Assembly (NCBI GenBank): GCA_041661305.1
Contig: JBAZUR010000002.1
Coordinates: 10,621-74,620 of the forward strand
DNA length: 64,000 bases
Direction: 5' to 3'
Source: Minisyncoccota bacterium
GTDB lineage: Bacteria > Patescibacteriota > Minisyncoccia > Phycocordibacterales > VMEP01
Part shown: piece after piece, positions 29,552 through 37,300 of the stretch
Layout: the number at the start of each line of letters is the position of its first letter
Position numbering within the stretch: the first letter of the stretch is position 1
Translations under genes and position numbers: made by a program
The notes under the pieces: model-generated
The model's database searches: none
What the model was told of the DNA's origin: nothing
The model's input: only the letters and a program-made list of their open reading frames with translations

Positions 29552-29622
29552 GCGGGTATGGTTTAGTGGTAGAACACGTCCTTGCCAAGGATGAGACGGG
29601 GTTTCGATTACCCCTACCCGCA
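29552..29622 (+). tRNA. tRNA-Gly (GCC)
   Basis: GCGGGTA/TACCCGC acceptor; cgtcc-ttGCCaa-ggatg. Confidence 0.9.
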
Positions 29623-29674
29623 CAAAGCGTTAAGAAAACATGCTAGGAATAGCATGTTTTCTTAACGCTTTGTG
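29621..29674. repeat. Perfect 25-bp inverted repeat with GGAA loop
   Basis: cacaaagcgttaagaaaacatgcta-ggaa-tagcatgttttcttaacgctttgtg. Confidence 0.95.
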
Positions 29675-29938
29675 GGTCGGAGTATTATTGTTTACCAATA
29701 CAATAACTGTAATAATTTTTCTGTATTAACGGCTTACGGACAGTTTTTTGCAAGAAAGATAGAGACTTGTAAACAGTGCTACTTTAAAAAATAAGGCTAA
29801 AATAGGTCAAATCTGGGGATAAGTCAGTGGACAATGTTAATAAGAGACATAAAAACTGTCCAAGAAAATGGCCTTTATTTGTCTAAAAATGGCTTTAAAT
29901 AAGGATAATTTGTCTTTATTGGGACTTTCCTTTCTAAA

Positions 29939-29954
29939 AGTTTCACGTGAAACA
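29939..29954. promoter_or_regulatory. parS centromere-like site
   Basis: agtttcacgtgaaaca, 15/16 to TGTTTCACGTGAAACA. Confidence 0.7.
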
Positions 29955-29989
29955 AACATATCCAAAGTTGTGGTGTATAATTATTTTTT

Positions 29990-30400
29990 ATGAGCTCAAG
30001 TGTTGAGAGAAATCAAGCGAAACAGATGGTTGGAAGGGTCGGTGAAGATTTGGCTTGTAGATTTCTGGAAAAGAAAGGTTTTAGTATTGTAGATAGAAAT
30101 TACCGAAAGTTTACTGGGGAAATAGATATAATTGCGAAAAAGGACAAAACTTTGTACTTTATTGAAGTTAAGACTGTTTCCCGTGAAAACTTTGGCTTGG
30201 AAGACGTGTGGATTGGGCACCGCGCGGAGGACAATCTCCACCCTCAAAAATTAAAACGTCTTAGTAGAGCCATTAACTCATATCTTCAAGAGAAGAGGGT
30301 AGACGTAGATTGTAATTGGCAGTGCGACGCCGTTATTGTCAATTTGTTTACAAAGGAGAAAAAAGCAAAAATTAAGTATTTAGAAAATATTTTTGCGTAA
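29990..30400 (+). CDS. yraN: YraN family (UPF0102) nuclease-like protein
   Basis: GEDLA..FL..KG, GEIDIIA, FIEVKT. Confidence 0.9.
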   Translation: MSSSVERNQAKQMVGRVGEDLACRFLEKKGFSIVDRNYRKFTGEIDIIAKKDKTLYFIEVKTVSRENFGLEDVWIGHRAEDNLHPQKLKRLSRAINSYLQEKRVDVDCNWQCDAVIVNLFTKEKKAKIKYLENIFA

Positions 30401-30504
30401 TTTTTTAATTTTTATGATAGGATTGGTGGGTTGTCGTGTTTTATAAGCGTTTGTTTTAATGGCAGGTGGAAGGGAATACGTCTGCGTGGGGTCAAAAAAT
30501 GTTT

Positions 30505-30540
30505 CGGGGTGTAGTATAGAGGTAGTACGTCTGCTTTGGG
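30505..30540 (+). pseudogene. Duplicated 5' half of tRNA-Pro (through position 37)
   Basis: 36-nt exact repeat of 30579-30614. Confidence 0.85.
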
Positions 30541-30578
30541 GTTGTGAAGATTTTCCGTTTGGTTTTTGGTTATATCGC

Positions 30579-30649
30579 CGGGGTGTAGTATAGAGGTAGT
30601 ACGTCTGCTTTGGGAGCAGATAGCCCGAGTTCGATTCTCGGCACCCCGA
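30579..30649 (+). tRNA. tRNA-Pro (TGG)
   Basis: CGGGGTG/CACCCCG acceptor; tctgc-ttTGGga-gcaga; ccgag-ttcgatt-ctcgg. Confidence 0.92.
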
Positions 30650-30732
30650 CGATGTAACTAAACGGTTTGTGTTGAAAAATCTTCACAACCAGAAGTCTGG
30701 GAGACTTCTGTGGAAATTTCCATAAGAAATTT

Positions 30733-30940
30733 AGATAGCCCGAGTTCGATTCTCCCATCCCGCACAGATTTTAGCGAAGCGAAAAGCTGGGCGGGATGAG
30801 CAAGCAAACTGCTTTGCTTGCGTGGAGAATCGAAAGCCGGAGCATGTCGCCCTGCGACGGCGAGGCGGGGTCGAGAGTACTTATGAGCGAAGCGAATTAG
30901 TAACTCGTGACCGATTCTCGGCACCCCGACAATGTAGCTA
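30733..30940 (+). mobile_element. tRNA-3'-linked element, copy C (Gly-type, within a tRNA-Pro 3' fragment)
   Basis: Pro fragment 30733-30754 switches to Gly 3' end 30755-30764; scaffold 30827-30917; Pro 3' end resumes 30912-30929. Confidence 0.75.
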
Positions 30941-30949
30941 AGTGGGTTT

Positions 30950-32101
30950 TTATCCCTCGATTTCTTTTGTTAATAAATCTATAAGCGGTTTAGATAGGAC
31001 TTCTTTGAAGTTTTTTTGAGCGATATCTAAATCTTGAGAGATAAATTCATTTAATGTTTGTCCGGTTTCAGTTTTTATTTCTCGGTCAATATGTCCAGGT
31101 GTTATCGCGAAAAGAACCCGTTCTCCAGTTGAGGTGTTATTTGTGCTTGTAGTTATTATTCCCTCAAGCTTGCCGGTTGATTGGTTGATAACAGCTCCAC
31201 CCGAAGATCCTCTCTGCGAAAGAATATTCCCTTCAACGGAAATAACATCTAGAAGGGCTTTATCATAGAAATTATAAAGCTCCTTAATAACTCCTGTGCT
31301 TGAGGTTAAGGAAAGGCTTGTTTGTATTGTGGCGCCACCCAAGAAACCAGCTGGATAGGCGATAATAAGCATTGGAAGAGAGCGAAGAACCAGTTCTGGA
31401 TTAATATTAGCTTCAATATAAGGGAACGATTGAGGTAATGGTTGTCCGTCTGGTTTACCAACCGCTCGTAGTAAGGCAAAATCGTTTTCACCGGTGCCTG
31501 TTGGATCTTCTTGTTTGATTGTTTGTTTATTTTCTTCTATCCATTTTTTTGAAATATAAAGTGGTTCAATTAAAAAAGTAGGGGAAGCGGGGGAGCCTTG
31601 TCTGGCAACACATGTTATGTAGTTTTTTACACCATAGTCTCGAAGGAGGAAATATTGTCCAATATGAGCATTTGTGAGGATAACCCCCTTGTTGTTTATA
31701 AAGACACCACTTCCAGAAAGAGGCTTGAAATCACCGCCATTTTGAGTGGTACAGAGTATGTTTACAATCGCCGGGCGAGCTTTTTCGTTAAGCTGTTCAA
31801 GCGGGAGGAGTTGTATGGTGATAGTTTTTGGCGTTGTTGAGGCTGGGATATTTGTTTGGACGAGCTTTTGTTTAGTTGTTGTTGATGTTTTTTGAGTGAC
31901 TAAGTTTTTAGATAATAGTTCTGAGGTGGTAGTTCCAGTCTTGGTTACTGGGGTTGTTGAAGATATTACGCTTTCAGTTTTTAGAACGTTAATCGGTTCT
32001 GTTTCTGTGGGTGTGGATGTTTTAGCAGGGAGTATAAAAAGAAGAGCAATAGTTGCGCCCAAAAGAATCTTTTTTATAGAAATTCCAAAAATTTTAAACA
32101 T
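30950..32101 (-). CDS. Trypsin-like (S1) serine protease with Thr-rich stalk
   Basis: GSGV, TNAH, DFALL, GSSGG catalytic triad motifs. Confidence 0.85.
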   Translation of the reverse strand: MFKIFGISIKKILLGATIALLFILPAKTSTPTETEPINVLKTESVISSTTPVTKTGTTTSELLSKNLVTQKTSTTTKQKLVQTNIPASTTPKTITIQLLPLEQLNEKARPAIVNILCTTQNGGDFKPLSGSGVFINNKGVILTNAHIGQYFLLRDYGVKNYITCVARQGSPASPTFLIEPLYISKKWIEENKQTIKQEDPTGTGENDFALLRAVGKPDGQPLPQSFPYIEANINPELVLRSLPMLIIAYPAGFLGGATIQTSLSLTSSTGVIKELYNFYDKALLDVISVEGNILSQRGSSGGAVINQSTGKLEGIITTSTNNTSTGERVLFAITPGHIDREIKTETGQTLNEFISQDLDIAQKNFKEVLSKPLIDLLTKEIEG

Positions 32102-32169
32102 GAGGACTATTATATCTGGAAAGTTTACTTCACAGTACTTTATCTGATAATATGGCGAATACAGTATTT

Positions 32170-32240
32170 GCGGGATTAGTTAAATGGTATAACTCCAGTT
32201 TTCCAAACTGGTGTCGGGAGTTCGATTCTCCCATCCCGCA
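32170..32240 (+). tRNA. tRNA-Gly (TCC)
   Basis: GCGGGAT/ATCCCGC; ccagt-ttTCCaa-actgg; gggag-ttcgatt-ctccc. Confidence 0.92.
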
Positions 32241-32377
32241 CTGAATTTTAACAAAACTAGCTAAGGCTAGTTTTGTTGCGGGATGGGAGAATCGAAAGCC
32301 GGAGCGCGACGGCGTGAGGCGGGGTAGCGGAATTTTCCAGCAGGAAAATATCCGTGACCGATTCCCATCCCGCACCA
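32241..32377 (+). mobile_element. tRNA-3'-linked element, copy D
   Basis: 20-nt perfect antisense 32277-32296; scaffold; repeated 3' end ending CCA 32359-32377. Confidence 0.75.
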
Positions 32378-32384
32378 GATATAC

Positions 32385-32421
32385 AAAATAAAAAACCGCA
32401 TTTATGCGGCTTTTTATTTTT
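32385..32421. terminator. Bidirectional terminator
   Basis: aaaataaaaaaccgca-ttta-tgcggctttttatttt. Confidence 0.65.
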
Positions 32422-32435
32422 TAGAGAGTAGTGAA

Positions 32436-32708
32436 TTACTTCACTGCGTCTTTCAAACCCTTGCCTGCGCGAAACTTAGGAACGTTCATTGCTGGGACGT
32501 TAACTGGTTCGCCTGTGCGAGGATTGCGGGCGGTTCTTGCTGCGCGTTTCTTTACAACGAATGTTCCAAAACCTGCAACAGAGACCTCATCACCTTTCTT
32601 TAGTGATTTTACGATCGAGTCGAACACTGTTTCAACTGCTTGTTCTGCGGATACTTTTGTTCCGCCTAACACTGCATGTACTGAGTCGACAATTCCTGCT
32701 TTATTCAT
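32436..32708 (-). CDS. hup: DNA-binding protein HU
   Basis: GFGTF, ARNPRTGE, PKFRAGKGLK. Confidence 0.95.
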   Translation of the reverse strand: MNKAGIVDSVHAVLGGTKVSAEQAVETVFDSIVKSLKKGDEVSVAGFGTFVVKKRAARTARNPRTGEPVNVPAMNVPKFRAGKGLKDAVK

Positions 32709-32973
32709 TTTTTTAAGTAGCTACTTAAACGATTAATAATGCTCGACCGAGTTTTATTATGGTCATACACGCGTATGAACCGCCTTAAGACCACGCAAAC
32801 ATTATATATCAGGCCATTTTTTAGGCAATAAGGGGAAAATAAGACCAGTGAATATTCGGGTAGAAAGGTTTGTATTTATAGATAAAATTTATTTGTATAA
32901 AGAAAATCAAAACAACAAAAAATCAAGGGGTTTCCTTGATTTTTTGTTGAAAAATATGGCTTTTTTAGGTTTA

Positions 32974-34503
32974 TTATCTGGCGTACTCGATAACCCTTGA
33001 TTCACGGATAACGTTTATCTTTATTTCTCCAGGATACTTAAGCTCTTTCTCCACACGGAGCGCTATTTCTTGTGCCATCTTTTTTGCTTCTAGGTCGCTA
33101 ACTTTTTCTGGGTAAACAAAAACTCGCACTTCTCTTCCTGCTTGAAGGGCGTAAGTTTTTTCAACACCAGTAAATGAATTAGCGATAGCTTCTAGATCAC
33201 CCAATCTTTTTAGGTAATTTTCTGCAGTGTCGCGACGAGCCCCAGGACGACCACCAGAAATTGCGTCGGCTGTCTGAACAATTATTGATTCAATTGTTTC
33301 GTAAGGGTATTCATCGTGGTGTGATTGCATTGCTTGAATGATTCGAACATCAGCGCCATATTTTTGGAGGATACGACGGCCAATATCGACGTGAGTTCCT
33401 TGAACTTCATGGTCAACAGCCTTACCAATATCGTGGAGAAGGGCTCCTGCCTTTGCAATTGTGACATCACCACCAAGTTCTTCGGCAAGCATTCCTGAAA
33501 TGTGTGCCATTTCAAGTGAATGCTGAAGAACATTTTGTCCATAGCTTGTGCGGAAGTATAGTCGGCCCAAGATTGCAATTATACGAGGATCAACATTAAA
33601 GAGACCACATTCATAAACAGCTTGTTCTCCCTTTTCTTTGATTATTTTATGAATTTCATTTTTTGCTTTTTCAACCATTTCTTCAATTTTTACAGGCTGA
33701 ATGCGCCCATCAAGAATTAAATTTTCAAGTGCGACGCGAGCAATCTGCCTACGAACAGGATCAAAAGAAGAAATGATTATGTATCCAGGGGTGTCATCAA
33801 CAATAAGTTCAACTCCCGCGGCGCGTTCAAAAGCGCGAATGTTCCTACCTTCTTTTCCAATAATTTTACCCTTCACCTCGTCGGAAGGAATAGTGACGTT
33901 TGTTGTCATTATTTCGGCGGCTGTTGAAGCTGCGAGGCGCTGGATTGAGGTTGCTAGAATGTCTTTAGCTTTACGGTCAAGACGTTCAGCATTGGCTGTT
34001 TCTAGTTTTTGCATGCGAACAAGCATGTCCTCCTCGTACCTTTTTTCTAAGGTACTAAATAGTTCTGCCTTCGCTTCTTCTTCTGTTAATTTAGTGACGC
34101 GCTCAAGTTCGCGCTGGTGTCTTAAGAGAGTAGCTTCTGCTTCTTCCTTTAATTTTTTTACCTCTTCTCCTTTGTTTTTTAAACTATCAACCTCCTTGTC
34201 GATATCAATTTGACGCTGATCAAGAAGACCTTCTTTTTTTATTAAACGCTCTTCTGTTTTTTTAAACTCTGCCTCGTGCTTTTTTTCTTCTTCGCGAAGC
34301 TCTTCTGTCCTTGCCTCTGCCTTTTTTGTTGCCTCAGTGACTATCTTGCTGGCCTCTTCTTTGGCTTGAAGAGTCATGTGCTTGATTTGAAGCTCCATTG
34401 ACCCTTTTTTCCCCAAAAGAACGAGCCAGCGCAAAATATAGCCAATTGCGATACCAAGAATACCGGCTATGGCGATTAGCGCCAAAACTATTTTAAGACT
34501 CAT
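32974..34503 (-). CDS. rny: Ribonuclease Y
   Basis: TM + coiled coil + KH (GKEGRNIR) + HD (LLHDIGK). Confidence 0.96.
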   Translation of the reverse strand: MSLKIVLALIAIAGILGIAIGYILRWLVLLGKKGSMELQIKHMTLQAKEEASKIVTEATKKAEARTEELREEEKKHEAEFKKTEERLIKKEGLLDQRQIDIDKEVDSLKNKGEEVKKLKEEAEATLLRHQRELERVTKLTEEEAKAELFSTLEKRYEEDMLVRMQKLETANAERLDRKAKDILATSIQRLAASTAAEIMTTNVTIPSDEVKGKIIGKEGRNIRAFERAAGVELIVDDTPGYIIISSFDPVRRQIARVALENLILDGRIQPVKIEEMVEKAKNEIHKIIKEKGEQAVYECGLFNVDPRIIAILGRLYFRTSYGQNVLQHSLEMAHISGMLAEELGGDVTIAKAGALLHDIGKAVDHEVQGTHVDIGRRILQKYGADVRIIQAMQSHHDEYPYETIESIIVQTADAISGGRPGARRDTAENYLKRLGDLEAIANSFTGVEKTYALQAGREVRVFVYPEKVSDLEAKKMAQEIALRVEKELKYPGEIKINVIRESRVIEYAR

Positions 34504-34739
34504 AAGCGATCAGGAATCGCTCGCAAAAACGTTGCAATTATTAGGTTTTTTGACTATTACCCATCAAGTTTTCCGGATTGTAATTCATTCTGATTCTAAA
34601 AACGAACGTTTGTTTCAAGTGATTCATTTATTTATTAAGGGAACAATTTCATTCTACACCGTAAATATTAAAAGTAAAAACAACGTAAAGGCTCGAAGCA
34701 TATAGTAAAAAACGGCCATTTGGCCGTTTTTTATTTTGG

Positions 34740-35333
34740 TTACTTTCCGTTACTGACTCTGGTTTTTATAATGTCATCAATGAGTCCGTACTTTTTTGCT
34801 TCCTCAGCTGACATGTAGTAGTCGCGATCAACGTCTTTTTCGATTTGCGAAAGAGGTTGCCCTGTGTTTTTAGCTAATATCTTATTTATAGAGTCTTTTG
34901 TTTTTAGAATATGCTTTGCTGAGATTGCAATATCAGAAGCTTGTCCTTCCGTTCCTCCCATTGGCTGGTGAATCATCACTTCAGCGTTTGGAAGCGCAAA
35001 ACGTTTTCCTTTAGCACCAGCGGAGAGTAATATTGCCCCCATTGAGGCTGAAATGCCGACACAAATTGTAGAGACGTCTGGCTTGATAAAATTCATTGTG
35101 TCTAAAATAGCGAGACCGGCAGTAACGTGCCCACCTGGCGAGTTTATATATAATGAGATATCTTTTTTAGGGTCTTCATTTTCAAGAAAAATTAGTTGAG
35201 CGATTATGATATTTGCAGTGTGGTCGTCAATTGGTCCACCTAAGAAAATAATGCGGTCACGCAAAAGACGCGAATAGATATCGTATGCGCGTTCTCCAAA
35301 CTGTGATTTTTCTATGACTGTTGGTATTAACAT
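34740..35333 (-). CDS. clpP: ATP-dependent Clp protease proteolytic subunit
   Basis: [24 protein letters not shown]. Confidence 0.97.
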   Translation of the reverse strand: MLIPTVIEKSQFGERAYDIYSRLLRDRIIFLGGPIDDHTANIIIAQLIFLENEDPKKDISLYINSPGGHVTAGLAILDTMNFIKPDVSTICVGISASMGAILLSAGAKGKRFALPNAEVMIHQPMGGTEGQASDIAISAKHILKTKDSINKILAKNTGQPLSQIEKDVDRDYYMSAEEAKKYGLIDDIIKTRVSNGK

Positions 35334-35442
35334 ATTTGTAGGCCTTAGCTTTTAGTACACACAAAATACAAATGGAGTATAGCAAAAAGCATATTTTTGG
35401 GGAAGTTGTATTTTTTACACGTTTTGTATTTACGAATTTTTC

Positions 35443-35473
35443 CTATAAGCTAAAACCTAACAACTAAAAGCTA
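35443..35473 (+). repeat. Degenerate 7-nt tandem repeat (CTAnAAn)
   Basis: ctataag ctaaaac ctaacaa ctaaaag cta. Confidence 0.7.
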
Positions 35474-35478
35474 TTATC

Positions 35479-36174
35479 GTGAAATTACACAGATTTTTTA
35501 TCGAGGAGGAAATAGGGAATAGAAAAGAACTTGAAATTAAAACCGAGCATCTTCTTCATCAGTGGAGAAACGTTTTGCGTTTTGCTGTGGGAGACAAAGT
35601 TATTTTATTCGACGGAAAGGGAAGTGACTTTTTGTGTGAAATTAGTGCACTTACAAAAAACATATCCAATTTAGATGTTTTAGAAGAAACAAAAGGAATT
35701 ATTCCAAGTAAAAAAATTACACTGTTTATTTCTTTGATTAAAAGAGAAAACTTTGAATTGGTTCTCGAAAAAGCAACCGAGCTTGGTGTTTCTCGTATCG
35801 TTCCCGTTATTGCGGACAGAAGCGAAAAGAAATCTCTTAATTACGAAAGAGCCTTGAAGATTGTTGTTGAGGCAAGTGAACAGTCTGGAAGAACCAACAT
35901 ACCTGTTCTTGGCGAAACGATGACAACAGAAGAGGCGGTAGATAGATATAAAAAAGAATTATCTTTTTTCGCATTTGATCCGACGGGTTCTTTTGACTAT
36001 AAGCTAACAACTAAAAGCTACAACCTTGGGTTACTTATTGGGCCAGAGGGCGGTTTCACTCCTGCAGAACTTGAATTTTTTACAGAAAAAGAAGTACCGA
36101 TAATTAAACTAGGTGAGCAAATTCTTCGAGCAGAAACAGCAAACATTGTCGCTCTTTCTTGTGTAATGTTTTAA
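35479..36174 (+). CDS. rsmE: 16S rRNA m3U1498 methyltransferase
   Basis: EKATELGV, EASEQS, IGPEGGF, LRAETA. Confidence 0.95.
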   Translation: MKLHRFFIEEEIGNRKELEIKTEHLLHQWRNVLRFAVGDKVILFDGKGSDFLCEISALTKNISNLDVLEETKGIIPSKKITLFISLIKRENFELVLEKATELGVSRIVPVIADRSEKKSLNYERALKIVVEASEQSGRTNIPVLGETMTTEEAVDRYKKELSFFAFDPTGSFDYKLTTKSYNLGLLIGPEGGFTPAELEFFTEKEVPIIKLGEQILRAETANIVALSCVMF

Positions 36175-36180
36175 CCCTCT

Positions 36181-37215
36181 CTACTTCTGTTTTTCCAAAA
36201 ACTCAATTACTTTTTGGTTGGACATAATACCCTCAAGGTATGTTTCTGCGCGTTCACGGTCGGCACCAATGTTGTGTTCAAGAAGGTGTTCTAATTCTTT
36301 TGATAACTCTTCTTTTGGAACTTCGATTTTTTCTGCCTTAGCAATTTCTGAGAGGACAAGTTCTAGTCTTACTCTTTTTTCCGCATCTTTTACCCACTCT
36401 TTCTTGATTTCATCTTCTGTTTTTTTGACGTTTTTCAAATACTCATCAAATTTTAAGCCAAATTTTTCAATATCGTATTGTAGACGGGCAAACATTTTTC
36501 TCTGTTCCTCTTCGATAAGTATTTCTGGTACTTCAACTTCAGTTTTTTCGGCAATAGAATCAAGCATTGCAACACGAAGCTTTTCCTTTTGCATCTGCTC
36601 CTTTTCTAGTTTGATATTTTCTTTTAGTTTTTCACGAAAATCGGCAACATTTTCAAATTTGCCTAAAGTTTTTACAAAATCATCTGTTATTTCTGGAAGT
36701 ACCGGTTCTACCTCGGCGTCTCCTTCGTTAACCTCAATTTTTGGCGTACGCGATTTTTGTATTTCTTTTATAGTGTTTTCAACTTCTTCCTCGGTTACGG
36801 AAATAAGTTCATCCTTAGCTAATTCTTTTTTGGCGATTGATTTATAGTCAGGAAGCTTAACTTCTGGGAAAACGGCCGTTTTTAACTTAAAGGAAAGGGG
36901 ATTACCTTTGGCGATTTTGGTAATGGAAACCTCTGGTCGGCCAATTGGATCAATTTTATGTTCAGTTATGATTTTTGGATAAGCATCTTTTATTGCAAAT
37001 TCAGCCATTTCCTCAAGAACACTCATTTCGCCCATTTTTTGAATAATGTTTGTTTCTCCTGCTTTACCTTTTCGAAAGCCTGGAATGTCTACTTGGTCTG
37101 CTAAGGATTGAACCGCCTTCTTTCTAAAAGACTCGAAAACATCGGAAGGTATTTCGACCTCGATTTCAATTTCTGATTTTTTTAGTTTATTTATTGTTGA
37201 TTTCATAGCGAGCAT
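36181..37215 (-). CDS. tig: Trigger factor lacking the PPIase domain
   Basis: PGFRKGK ribosome-binding loop; 344 aa; near clpP. Confidence 0.9.
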   Translation of the reverse strand: MLAMKSTINKLKKSEIEIEVEIPSDVFESFRKKAVQSLADQVDIPGFRKGKAGETNIIQKMGEMSVLEEMAEFAIKDAYPKIITEHKIDPIGRPEVSITKIAKGNPLSFKLKTAVFPEVKLPDYKSIAKKELAKDELISVTEEEVENTIKEIQKSRTPKIEVNEGDAEVEPVLPEITDDFVKTLGKFENVADFREKLKENIKLEKEQMQKEKLRVAMLDSIAEKTEVEVPEILIEEEQRKMFARLQYDIEKFGLKFDEYLKNVKKTEDEIKKEWVKDAEKRVRLELVLSEIAKAEKIEVPKEELSKELEHLLEHNIGADRERAETYLEGIMSNQKVIEFLEKQK

Positions 37216-37245
37216 CCTACCCGAAAATGGTACCTAAAGTCAAAA

Positions 37246-37278
37246 CAAAAATCCGACGATAGTATCGTCGGATTTTTT
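37246..37278 (-). terminator. Intrinsic terminator
   Basis: aaaaatccgacgat-agt-atcgtcggattttt. Confidence 0.7.
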
Positions 37279-37300
37279 AAAACAACTTGTAAAAATATTA

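Noticed and set aside
30505-30754. Canonical position-37/38 tRNA intron
   Set aside because: Joined exons would lack positions 38-40 and end in a Gly acceptor strand
30570-32375. Short ORFs 30570-30758, 30658-30924 and 32130-32375
   Set aside because: They overlap tRNA genes and structured repeats; no coding signals
29224-32377. CRISPR array, group I/II intron, hammerhead or HDV-like (theta) ribozyme reading of the tRNA-linked elements
   Set aside because: No regular repeat-spacer period or cas genes; too short for group I/II introns; no CUGANGA core or HDV nested pseudoknot recognisable by eye. A CM search is still needed.
30650-32377. Genomic island carrying the serine protease between the Gly 3'-end repeats
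   Set aside because: The complete tRNA-Gly is downstream of the fragment and each repeat is explained by its own local element; no integrase inside
34504-34739. 6S RNA upstream of rny
   Set aside because: No long rod with central bubble could be built from this AT-rich spacer
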